A stretch of 63,937 nucleotides of DNA, filler included, from Piptocephalis cylindrospora (lineage: Eukaryota), in assembly GCA_003614145.1 (NCBI GenBank). It is 4 parts of 4 records of this genome, joined end to end, with 100 filler letters (N's around TTAATTAATTAA, not from the genome) between each part and the next. Parts side by side here need not be neighbours in the genome. Positions count along the whole stretch, not along the records: positions 35,221 to 52,679 come from KZ987856.1; positions 52,780 to 63,937 come from KZ988007.1; 2 more parts are not named here. One strand, written 5' to 3'. The notes under the pieces are model-generated. The model did not search any database and was not told the DNA's origin. It saw only the letters and a program-made list of their open reading frames with translations. This document shows, in pieces, positions 48,152 to 59,467 of the stretch; position 1 is the stretch's first letter, and each line of letters starts with the position of its first letter. A program made the translations under genes and the position numbers.

Positions 48152-51100
48152 TCATTGATCCGTCTTGTCCTTGGCCTTGTTAGAGCCTACCGAAGTAGCC
48201 GAGGGAGAGGAGGGGACGGAACGAGATGGAGTTCTAGGCCCTTCATCCTCCTCCCCAAGAGGTCCTAGGACACCAAGCTCCCCGTGCTCCCCCCCGACAT
48301 CTCGGACTTCACAGCCTTGGGCTTTGAGCTCAGCCATGAGACGCTTTAACTCTCTATCCTTGGCCATGGACTCGCGCCGTAGCCTCATCTTCAGCTCAGC
48401 CTCCTCATCCTCCCTTGCCTCCCGCTCCGATCGTTCCTCAGCCGTCTCAGGCTCAGTGAACTCTTCAGCTGTCACAGGAACCCCAAGACGCTTGAGAAGA
48501 CGGGGCATGGCCGCCCGATAACCCAGATGACCTTTGAGCTCCAGTGAAACATCCATGTTCTCCAGTCGGCACACCCCTTCAATGGGTGCCAATCCCGCCA
48601 CTGGGTATCTCGCTACCGTTCTGTACAAGAAGCCTAATGTGAGAAGAATGGCATAATTAGTCAGAGAGATCGTCCACAATTTACAATGAGATAAAAGACC
48701 TACCGAGTACCCAATCGTTTTTATGATAACAGTTGACTAATCGACCGCCCACAACACTAACGGCTTCAGTCCAAAGTTCATTGGAGGCGGTGACGGGGGC
48801 ACCGGCAAAGTAGACATCCTCGACAATCCCATAAGCATGAACCCTAGCCAATTCGACGAGACAGTAGAAGATGACTCGGGCGCCCAGAGAGTAGCCCACT
48901 AGAGTGACTGGCCGATGGCCTTGCATGTGCTGGAGCAGGGTGTCAGCCAGGATGAGCCCGGCCTTCCTGGCACGATCAAGACCGACCGACCAGGGATTAT
49001 CCACGAGATACCCGAGCTTACTCAGGGCCAGGGGCCACATGAGACCAGCCATAAGGGTACTGAGCATGGTGTGACCTAAAACCGTCTGAACGGCCTGACC
49101 AAGTAACTAGAGGAAAGGAAAGATTGAGATAATGGAATGAAAAGGAAGGGAAGGGAAATAATGGAATCCTCCGGGAGCACGTACCTCGCCAGCGAGAATC
49201 TTGAGGACATTATCCAATTCGGTCAGCATCTCTGGTTCCCACATGAGACAGAATTGATCGCCAACAATGGGATCGACAGTGGAGAAGGGTAGCCAAAAGT
49301 CCTCATCCCTCGAGAGCATACCAGAGACACAGAGGAGAAGGTTTGCGCGTTTATCATCAACCACGGGATGGAAGTCAAAGAAGGATACACCCTTGGTGCG
49401 CTTATGCATCTTTTTCCCGGCCAGTCCACTGCCAGTGAGGACGCCGCCCGTGGTAATGAGAGCCATCCCGCCGGCTCCGCCCATGAAGGCGCCTGTTCCT
49501 GCCACACCAATGCCGGTGAAGCCCGCAGCAAGTCCAGCTCCAATCACTGGAGCGAGGAGGCCGGCGCTCAGACCAAGCATTAGGCCGCCCCCTACGGTGG
49601 CAAGGCCCATCATGGCCCACCTTGCCCCCCTTCCATCCCTGTTCCGCTTCTCACTCACACTTTCCTCGGCACGCATAGTGCTGGCCACTTCCTCGCTCAT
49701 GCGCAAGTGCTCAGAGATGCGCAGCTCCATGCCAACTACATCTATCCAAGGGACACCCAAATGCTCGGAGATCTTGCGCAGGAGATTCCGACCACGAGAG
49801 TCGTACTGAGAGTCAGCCACGAGGATGAGGAAGAGGTCAGCGAGAACGGCCCATCGAATATCTGTCCGGATTCTCTCGGCTTGCTCCTCTACCGACAATG
49901 GGATAATTCCAGTGGGGACGACCGGTAGGTCAGCTGCTCCATCTTCACTCTCTTTCTCCGTGGTTGATGAGGTCGTGGGAGTGGAAGGTGGGAGTGGGGG
50001 CAATGGAGGCTCGCTGGAGAGTGAGGTATGAGAAGAAGTGGGTGGGATAGGGGAGCCTGGGACCGAGGACATGCCCAGCTCTGGTGAAGTAGGCAAGGGG
50101 ACATCGGTGGGTCGGATGGATACCCCCCGCATGACTGGAACACTATATGACCTAGCAGGCATCATTGGAGGGGAAGGAGGGGAGGAAGGGGAAGTGTTTT
50201 CCTTGGTTTCAAGGCTCTTCTCCTCTTTACTTTCTTCTTTGACTCCTTTATCCTGCTCCTCATCCTTTGTCTTCTCCTCCTTATCCTTTGTCTCCTCCTC
50301 TTCTTCCTTGTCTTCTTTTTCCTCCTCGTTCCCCTCTTCTTTTTCCTCCTCCACCTTCTCATAACCAAGGGTAGAGGCAAAGTCAGAAGGGAGAACGCCA
50401 TGAGCGTTGAGCTGTTCAATCATCTTTTGCTCCTCCTTGGTGATATGCATGTGGCTGTAGAGAGCTCGAAGAGTCTTTCGACTAAAGTTCATGGCAGAGG
50501 CCCAGGCCATATCTTCCTTTCGGACCTGATTCCTACCGGCGGTATAGGCCTGAGAAAGAGTGAGGTAAACGATGCCGACATAGGCGATTTTTTGAGCACC
50601 CTGAAGGATAGAATCGGCGTCCAAGGAAACCTCCTCCATGCCCTGAGGCGACTTCCTCAAGCCTGTCCCCTCGACCCCCTCCTCCTCCTCTCCACTCATT
50701 TGGCTCGAGACGTCAACGCCTTCAAGGGTGCCTGGGCCAATGGGGATCTGAATGATGGTCCGTCTCCTCTCCCCACTCTGCCGATGGGGAGAGGAGAGTT
50801 CACTATCCATAGACTGGGTATCCCAGCCATTCCCCCTACCAGAGGAATTGACCCGCGCATCTTCCTCAAGGATGGCCGCGGCATGCACGGCAGCCTCGGC
50901 CTCTGCGGTTTTGAGCTGCTCCTGAAGAATTTGTTCTGCCTCGGCCCTAGCAGCCTCCTCTTCCTCCTTTCTCTTACGAAATTCCTCGGCCTCCCTCTCC
51001 TCCTGACGTCTAGCTTGTTCCTCCGCCTCCTGACGGGCTTCCTGGGCCGATGCACGGATCTCCGAGATGATGCTCTCCTCAGTAGAGAGAACAACATTGC

Positions 51101-51791
51101 TCCCTGCCCTTGCCCTTCCTGAGAAACTGGAAAAGGGGGAGGTGGGGTTATCTATGCCCATATCATCCTCATCGTCGTCCATATCGTCCCAGGCATCGGT
51201 GAAGAGCTTTTTGGGGCGACGGGGGCCATTTGATCTTTCCTCAGATGCCACGTCCTCAATCTGCCCCGCATCGGCCTCATTAATGTGATCAGCGGAGGAT
51301 GAGCTGGGTAAGAAGTGGTCGTTCGCAATGCCTAGTCCAGAGACAGCATCCTCCTCGATAACATCTGGTCGAGGGGAAACCTCATCTGATGGGCCCGGGG
51401 AGGGGTCCAGTTGGGCGCGAAAGGTAGAGAAAGAGTAGAAATCGTTGACCTGTTCCTGGCCCACCCCCCAATCCTCCTCATCGTCCATGACAGTCGTTTG
51501 TCGACGACCCGATCGGATATCTTCCTGCAAGGCGGACGTTGGGGAGGAGCCATGAGGATCGCCAAAAGTATCGGCGCCGGGTGAAGAGGAGGAAAAGTCT
51601 ATGGGGGAGGCAAAGTCACCCCAATCATCCTCGTCCTCGTCGTTGATATGCTGAAACGCCGGATTCGCCTGGTCTCCGGAAACCTTCAGCGGAGGGGGTG
51701 AGGGGGATGATGTAGTGTGGGAGGGGGAATCAGTCAGTGAGGAATCGGATGTCCCCCCAGCCTTGACTGATCCATCCTTGTTCAACGACAT
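48152..51791 (-). CDS. DUF726 / TMCO4 family alpha/beta-hydrolase-like membrane protein (yeast Mil1/YFL034W-like)
   Basis: DLFLILVADSQYDSRGR, GLATVGGGLMLGLSAGLLAPVIGAG, WEPEML, DNPW, RPVTLVGYSLGARVIFYCL, GHLGYR; long acidic N-terminus; two introns near the 3' end. Confidence 0.9.
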
Positions 51792-52606
51792 GGTGTTGAC
51801 GGAAGAGTGGGAGAGAAGGCAAGATATGGGGGGAGGGAGAGGGGTAGCAGCTCAGGAGGACAGGAGAGTAGATGGTGCTGAAAAGGGGTAATCTAAGCGA
51901 GCGCACTGGATGATACGGAGAAAGGGAAGAGGTGGAAAGGTAGACGCGATCAGGAAAAAAGAAGGATCGAGAAGGAAGAGTGAGTAAGTGTCGGGATAAG
52001 AAGAGAGGAGAGGAGAGGGGGGGGCGGAGCAGGAAAGCACTGAAGAAACCCTTCTGGGGGGAAGGGGTGACTAGAGAGGGAAGGATAGTCCCTCATCGGT
52101 CGAGAGAGAGATGAAGCGTATAGCCAGGGGATGTAGCACACCTTGAGCGGAGAGAGTGGGAAAGGACACCTCGCCCATTCTTCCAGTGTAGATGTATGGG
52201 CCCTGGTTCAGATGATGTGCTGAACTGACCTCCTCCTTGCTGTCCTGCCCTGAACCAAGGAGAAGGTTGGCGGAGAAGGGGATGGGGGGGGGGAGGGGAA
52301 CACCTGCCTCCCCTTAACCTTGACTATCTCCACCTGCGCACAATCTGCTTATGGAAGAGGATCCTTAATCATCCTAATAATAGTAATAACAATAACAGTA
52401 ATACGACCAGGGTGCTAACAGACGGCTCACTCGACAGAGTCCTGGCATATCATTTCCAAGATAAATGGGAAACCCGGAGGACAAAGATACTTCGATATGG
52501 CTATCTTGCAAAAAGACCACATCACTGAATGGTAAGGCAGTGGGGCATGAACGACGGTAAATATCGCTTTCCCCTTCCCTCCCCCCTATACCACAAAAAC
52601 AAAAAA

Positions 52607-52678
52607 AGGTCCTGCTGGGAATTGAACCCAGATTATGAGAGTCAGAGTCTCATGTGCTAACCATTACACTACAGGACC
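52607..52678 (-). tRNA. tRNA-Gln (anticodon CTG)
   Basis: GGTCCTG acceptor stem, TAGTGTAATGGTTAGCAC D-arm, TGAGA-CTCTGAC-TCTCA anticodon arm, GGGTTCAATTCCC T-arm, followed by an oligo-T Pol III terminator. Confidence 0.96.
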
Positions 52679-52679
52679 A

Positions 52680-52779
52680 NNNNNNNNNNNNNNNNNNNNN
52701 NNNNNNNNNNNNNNNNNNNNNNNTTAATTAATTAANNNNNNNNNNNNNNNNNNNNNNNNNNNNNNNNNNNNNNNNNNNN
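52680..52779. other. Artificial contig linker N44-TTAATTAATTAA-N44
   Basis: Same spacer as at 17527. Confidence 0.97.
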
Positions 52780-52843
52780 TTAAGGAATAAGCGTGACATG
52801 ATTTTCTCTGCTAATGCTCTCCTCCCCCCCCCCCTTCCAATAG

Positions 52844-53481
52844 GAACCGCTGGCGTCATATTGACTTGTCTAGAATGGTGGGCCTTTGAGGGCGTTACCT
52901 ACCTGGCTGGCGTTTTGGGAGTAGTCCCTCTGGCATCCCAGGCGATTGTGCTCTCCCTCTCGACCATCCTTTTTAGCATCCCCCAAGGTCTCGCGGCGTC
53001 GACAAGTGCCCGAGTAGGGAACCTCCTTGGAGCTCAACGGCCCTGGGAGGCCCGCGCGGCCGCATGGACGGCCCTGTTCATAGCAGCCGGGACATCCCTG
53101 ACGGCCTGTGTATCCCTCTACATTCTCCGTAACCCCATCGCCTGGGCCTATAGTCGAGATGAGGAAGTAGCCCGCGCTCTGGAGACACTCATTCCCATCA
53201 TTGCCCTGTTTCAACTGGGAGATGGGATGAACTGCGTGGTGACATCAGTGATGCAAGGGGCAGGGAAGCAGGCATTGACGGGCTGGTTGAATGGACTGAC
53301 CTACTACCTCCTGGCTCTGCCTCTCGGTATCGCCCTGGCCTTTCCCCTTGGCCTTGGCCTGGATGGATTGTGGCTTGGTCTTGTTGGGGGAATTTCCCTT
53401 CTTGCCATCGCCCTTCTTATTCGGGTCCATCGCATGAATTGGATCCGGGAATCTGAGCTGTGCTTGAGAGTGGAGGAGTAA
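52844..53481 (+). CDS. MATE-family efflux transporter, last exon (5' part lost at contig edge)
   Basis: CLEWWAFE, LASQAI, SARVGNLLGA, FQLGDG, GAGKQ, YYLLALPLG, GLDGLWLGL. Confidence 0.92.
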
Positions 53482-54852
53482 ATAGGGTTTGTGTCCTTGT
53501 GTGTTGGTTAAAAAGGGAAAGGACGTGTTGAGAATACAATCTGTGAACGCGCACCCTCAGTCAGTGTAGAGGTGAGTGAGATAACCTGCCCTTTATAAGC
53601 GTGTGGATAGAGGACCATTTAAGCTTTCCATCTTGAACTTCACGTGCGGATCACGACATACTTTAGCAAGGTAAGGGCAGCTTTATGACTATTTAGCGTC
53701 CGAGCGCGTTGGGGCTATTCTGTGCGTATAAAACCGATCTATTGTCGTAGTAAAGCCGTTGTATTTTCCCCAGGTGGGGTAGGCTGATAAATATCCAAAC
53801 GTAATAATACTCGCCCTTACGCCGGCCTGCATGGTACCAGGGAGTAGGTCCCTGACGTGTACCAAGAACCGATTTATTGCATGTGGAAGGGATCATTATG
53901 ATTCAAAGTTAATGCTATCCTTGCCTTTTACTAATAGAAGGATGGTCATCAAATGAAGAATCTCATCTTACATACAAACAATTCATCGACAGACTTCTTT
54001 TTTCCTATTCTTTTAAAATGTACTTGCTCTGCTAGTTGGTCAATCGTAGGAACGAATGATATCTTATTTAATGCAAAGCCCGGTGGTCATGTGAGTGAAA
54101 GATGCAGCCATGAAGCCTTCTTCCTCCGTTCCCCACTTCCTTCCCTGCCCTAGGAATGAGGGATTAGCCCTAGTGAAATCGAATGGCTTAATCCGTCCCT
54201 ATTAAAAGGTTCAAACGCCGATGTTCTTCCCATTCCCATTAGCGCTACTCACTTCATCTCGCTTCATCTCCTCCTCCTAGCTGGTGACCCCGACTTGGCT
54301 ACTCTCTTTTATCCAGCTATCTTGGAGGCTCTTGCCTTGTGCGTCCTAGATCTGCTCCTCTCCCACTGACCCGGGTCAGTGAGAGAGCTACATGATAGGG
54401 GCGGACGAGATGACCGGAGTTTCAATCGGGGGGTCGTCTGAATACAACAAGTGTGGGAGCCCCGTCCCTCCTGTCATTTCCTCATCGCTTGTCCGCGGAT
54501 GGGAAAAAAGAGGAGGGGACAGAGAGGAGGTATCATGTGTAGAGGGAGCTTGGACGTGGTGTCCTGGGTACAAGTACGCTTTCCTCATACCTTTCTGGGT
54601 CAGGTTCCCCATTAATTGTTCATCCTTTCCCCTTCCTTCCCCCCCCTTTTCCGCCTCACTCCCGTTTCTTCTCCTCCTTTTGCGCCATCACATATTACCT
54701 TTCGTTCGTCCCTAACAACAACAGCAGCTTAAAGCGACTTTGCAGGTCCCGTCGCACCCTTTTCTCCTATTCTCAATTCATCATTTCCCCTAGTTCTTCC
54801 TTCACTCTCCTAATCGACTCCTACCCCACCTCACCTCCCTTCCCAATTTCCA

Positions 54853-56478
54853 ATGCTCTTCAATCTCCTCTCGAGGCTTCCCACCCTCCTCGTGGGTCTC
54901 TCTTCCCTCACAACCGCGGCCAATGCCGCATTCACCTACACGATCCGTGGCCAGGAGGTCAATGTCCCAACGGCTGATTACTTTCAGGCGAATTTTGGGG
55001 ACTACAGTTTTCCCAACTCCCTACTCGTGTCCATGCGCTCCACAAATGATCGCGCGGCCCCATGCACCTTCCAGTCGGCCCGGGCCAACGAGACAGCCAC
55101 AGGCCAGGGGGGCGTGTTCAACTCGACTGGCGGCTTCTATGATCACAGTATCGTTCTTTTCGATACAGCGGACGCCTTGGCCGTCGGATGCCAGACCGTG
55201 AAGCAGATGTCTCTGGCCGCTGAGCGCTTTGCTCAGGACTTCTCCCTGGCCGGGTACCCGCCCCTTGCAGCCATCATCGCCATCTCCAAATACGAGACGG
55301 GTGTGCCTGCGGGTGGCCCCATGACCGAGGATTATCCATCGCGCGATGCCAAGATCGGAGATGGCCCCCCGTCCCTACCCCTGGCCTTTGTTAACCCCAC
55401 CCTGGTCCGAGACCTGAAGGGCTCCTCCCAGAGATACATCTCGGTTGCGCTGACTCGGGAGAAGGGGCAGTGGAATGATAAATTCCTCGATCCTGGCTAC
55501 ATTGCTTGGACCTGGATCCTCTTCGCCATCAACGTCCTGCTCTGTCTCTATGGCCTGTACCGCTTTATTTCCCTGATCCTACATGGCAGGTTCAAGCGGG
55601 ATGCGCGTACCACCATCTTTATCCTCGGCCTCATTTCCACCGCTCTGGCCTCTGCTGTCATTGTCCTGCCCGTGATGAGGCAGAAAACCTATGTCATCTC
55701 GCAGTTCTCTACCATGATCTACAACGTCGCCTTTTACCTCCTCCTTCTTCTCTGGTCCGGGGTCCTGTCCCGTATCCAGATGGACCGGTCCTTTGGCCCC
55801 TTCCGCCTTGTCATCTACTTTGCCATTGCATCGGCCCTGATGAACGGCATCATCGGCCTTGTTCAAGACTTTTCTCGCAGCCAGACCAACGTTATTAAGG
55901 CTTATCAGGTCATGGTGTACTGGACCCCAGCGATCGAGGCCCTCGCCGCCATTCTCTTCCTCGTCTACTCTGTCAGATTCGCCGTCCGCATGAGCGAGTA
56001 CACGGTGACCCGGGAGGTGCGTCGGGCCCTGGGTCGTCTGACCAAGCTTTCAGTCATTGGCTTCATCGCCTTTGCCATCATGGCCGTCAACAACATCCTC
56101 ATCAATGTCATTGACATTGATCTCACCGTCACCAACTTTGTTGGCATCACCGTGTCTAATAACATTGGCCTGACCCTCCGGGCCATCGGGATCATCTACA
56201 TTCTCAACGTCTCTCTCCCCAGCGATTACTCCACTCACTCGGGCTCCTCCTCCGGGAAGAAGGGTTCCACGGGCTGGAGCGGTTGGTCCCGCGGATGGCG
56301 TCGCGCTCTCTATGGTGAGCCTACCCGCGGGACTGCGTCCCATGGAGTCAGTGGCCATACTCAGGGTACGGCCAGTGCTGAGGTCTCCTCTCCCAAGTCT
56401 CCCAAATCCCCTGGTTTCTTCTCCGAGACTGAGAGTGAAGCTGGTCTTGGGGAAAAGAGTGGGTATTCCATGGTCTAG
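54853..56478 (+). CDS. Orphan membrane protein: signal peptide, ~190-aa ectodomain, seven hydrophobic segments, Ser-rich tail (GPCR-like topology)
   Basis: Intronless 541-aa ORF with C-ending codon bias; seven hydrophobic stretches are countable by eye between about residues 215 and 452. Confidence 0.75.
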   Translation: MLFNLLSRLPTLLVGLSSLTTAANAAFTYTIRGQEVNVPTADYFQANFGDYSFPNSLLVSMRSTNDRAAPCTFQSARANETATGQGGVFNSTGGFYDHSIVLFDTADALAVGCQTVKQMSLAAERFAQDFSLAGYPPLAAIIAISKYETGVPAGGPMTEDYPSRDAKIGDGPPSLPLAFVNPTLVRDLKGSSQRYISVALTREKGQWNDKFLDPGYIAWTWILFAINVLLCLYGLYRFISLILHGRFKRDARTTIFILGLISTALASAVIVLPVMRQKTYVISQFSTMIYNVAFYLLLLLWSGVLSRIQMDRSFGPFRLVIYFAIASALMNGIIGLVQDFSRSQTNVIKAYQVMVYWTPAIEALAAILFLVYSVRFAVRMSEYTVTREVRRALGRLTKLSVIGFIAFAIMAVNNILINVIDIDLTVTNFVGITVSNNIGLTLRAIGIIYILNVSLPSDYSTHSGSSSGKKGSTGWSGWSRGWRRALYGEPTRGTASHGVSGHTQGTASAEVSSPKSPKSPGFFSETESEAGLGEKSGYSMV

Positions 56479-56925
56479 GATATCAAATCTTTCCCTCTCC
56501 CTGTGTGATGTTTCGTCCAAATACGTTCCTATTCACTACTCTTCATGTGATACTGTTTTAATGATGATGTATATAGTGAGGAAACCAGGAATAGCAGCAA
56601 CGGACCCTTTACCAACCAATGATCCATGCATCAACAGAGTACACTCCCAAAGAAATAGAGAAAAGGTAGAGGATGAAAAAGGGTGTATTGCTTTGTACGA
56701 GAACAAGGAAGATCAGGACAAGAACGGCGTGAGTGACCCATGGATGATCCAAAGAGGAAAAAGGGGGAATACATCGGGTACGGGATGAGGGGAATTTTTC
56801 ATCTCATCAACCCAACCGCATAGGATACCCCACTCTCCCCTCCTAGGACTAGGAACCCATCAGATCCCCACCACCCTTCCTCCCCCCTCATACCTCGACC
56901 TCAGGAAAGGAGATTCTTGACCTGC

Positions 56926-57681
56926 TTAGACAACGGTACCAGAGCAGGAGGCAATACGGGGCCAGAGATCGGCACATTCCTTACCGACGGGACCGGTGAT
57001 GGCGGAACCCTTCATCTCGCCCTTGGGGTTGACGATGACACCGGCGTTATCCTCGAAGTAAAGGAAGACACCATCCCGACGACGCCAGGGCTTGCGCTGA
57101 CGGATGACAACGGCGGGCATCATCTTCTTACGGAGGTCGGGCTTACCCTTCTTGACGGTGGCCATGACCATGTCGCCGACACCGGCGGCGGGGAGACGGT
57201 TGAGACGTCCCTTGATGCAGGTCACAGAGACAATGTAGAGGTTCTTGGCACCAGAGTTGTCGGCGCAGTTGATAATGGCACCGCAAGGGAGACCAAGGGT
57301 CATTTTGAACTTGTTGCCAGAGGCACCACCGCGTCCTGGAGGGGAGGAGGGAGTGTAAGTAGATGATGAGAGAGGATAATAGTTTGTCGATGATATCCTT
57401 TCCAAGGTAGGGAGGCTCACTCTAGCACCTTTCGGACAGAGGGGATCCAGCCCATCATAGGGTGATGCACCGTGACCTATCTTCAGCTTCTTCGCATCTC
57501 ATAGGCATGTCCCCCATCATGGGTGTTCTCATGCTCTCACTCCAGCATCAGGATCATCCATCCATCCATCCCTCCTAAACCCGACCGTCCCCTAAAGGAT
57601 CCATCCATCTACTCTCTTCATCATCCATAGCCTCCCGGATCAAGTCTCTTGGACGAAAGTGTACTTACCGCGCTTAGACAT
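56926..57681 (-). CDS. RPL23: 60S ribosomal protein L23 (uL14)
   Basis: Exon 57681-57669 (MSKR), intron, exon 57335-56926 ([53 protein letters not shown]). Confidence 0.97.
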
Positions 57682-58230
57682 GATTCAATGATATGGAATG
57701 GGGTTGAATCGGAGGAAGGAGGAGGAGGATGGAGGCCAACTATGTGAGTGGCAAGGACTCTTTTTGAGGACTGGTTGGCGGGAGCCTTCACACTGTGTGT
57801 GTCTCTCTCTCTTACACTTGAACACACACACACGCACATACTTTCCCTGTGGGCACACTTTAAGGATTAAGCAGTGTTGAGACACACACACACATATCGC
57901 TTCTTGTGGTATCTTCATCACTCTGTGGTATGGGTGCCACTACTTACAATGAGAGGGAGCAAACTGCACACTTTTCTCTCACTTGTCATCGTCCATTGGA
58001 TAAATTTCCACAAAATCATGCTCTTCAATTTAAATTTTAATCATGTATATTTTAGACTGCTGAGCCGTAGAACACACACACACACACAGGCGTTGACAAA
58101 CTGTCTGGCCTCAGGCTGCGGTACCGGGGGGCTACTACTCTGGCTTCCCCCTCTCCTCGTGCGTCGTGTCAAGCTTCCCGCTTCCCCCTTTCGCATCGCC
58201 CATCCTTTCCTGCCACTTTGTCGCGCAGCC

Positions 58231-58935
58231 ATGAAGTTCATCAAGCCCGGAAAGGTATGTTGGAATCACTTGGATAGAAGACGGGATGAGATACTAGACA
58301 ACGGATGAATGGACTGGACCAGGTGGATGGATGGATGGATGAATGAATGGATGAAATAATGGGATGGAAAGTGATGGGGCTGATGGCCTGATGGGCCTCA
58401 TCATCATCCACCGGTTCAGTCCGTGTCATCTTAGCGACAAGCTCTATCCCCTTACTCACACATCACCTCTCCATGCAGGTCGCCGTCGTCCTCCAAGGTC
58501 GGTACGCTGGTAAGAAGGTGGTCATCATCAAGCAGTTTGATGAGGGCACCCCCGAGCGTCCCTACGGCCACGCCCTGGTTGCTGGTATTGACCGGTACCC
58601 CCGTAAGATCACCAACGCCATGAACGCCAAGAAGATCCAGAAGCGCACCCGCGTCAAGACTTTTGTCAAGGTCATCAACTACAACCACCTCATGCCCACC
58701 CGTTACACCTTTGACCTTGAGGAGCTCAAGAAGCTCGTCACTGCCGATAAGGTTGCTGAGCCCTCCCAGCGCATTGAGACCCGGAAGGTTGTCCGGAAGC
58801 AGTTTGAGGATCGGTAAGTTTGGTCATGTGGGACAGAAAGACTGACACGAGCACTTTTAATCATTCTTTCGCCCTCCCTTTCGTAGGTACACCGCCGGTA
58901 AGAACAAGTGGTTCTTCACCAAGCTCCGCTTCTAA
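58231..58935 (+). CDS. RPL27: 60S ribosomal protein L27 (eL27)
   Basis: Exons 58231-58254, 58479-58813, 58887-58935: [41 protein letters not shown]. Confidence 0.97.
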
Positions 58936-59467
58936 GTCACCCAAGGACACACTTGCCCATGCCCCAATGTCCACTCCCCTCACCTCTTTCCTATACGATC
59001 CTTCTGGTCCCTGCCGTTTGCTATTCGCATCAGATACGATGAGGCTGGGTGAGATTGCAAGTTGACTTGAATACACACGTGTGCTCATCCATTCACTTGT
59101 GGAGATTGGAATTATTTCAGGGAAAACCTTTAACGGGGGGACAAACAAGGTTTCCTTGGGATATGAAATGATGATCACTTTCATGATCTCTATGATGACA
59201 CCCTGGGAACAAAAAGTTGTATTATTTGCCATTTCTCCCTCCCCCTGACACACACACAGACACACGGTCACCAGCACACAACCACACACAAAACCCGTCT
59301 TCCATCCATCGATCCTTGCATGGAGTGAGGGGGAGGTAGAGGTAGAACCGCATAGATGGCCGGAGATGGGGATGGGGCATGGGATAACCCTAAGTAGCGG
59401 TAAAAGGCAACATCTCATCCATCCCATCCTCAATTCTCCCTCATCTCCCTCGTCCTCCCACCTCTCG

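Noticed and set aside
57545..57625. Possible C/D snoRNA in the RPL23 intron (ATGATGA ... CTGA on the minus strand)
   Set aside because: The boxes fall in GGAT/GAT-rich low-complexity sequence and I could not identify an rRNA-complementary guide.
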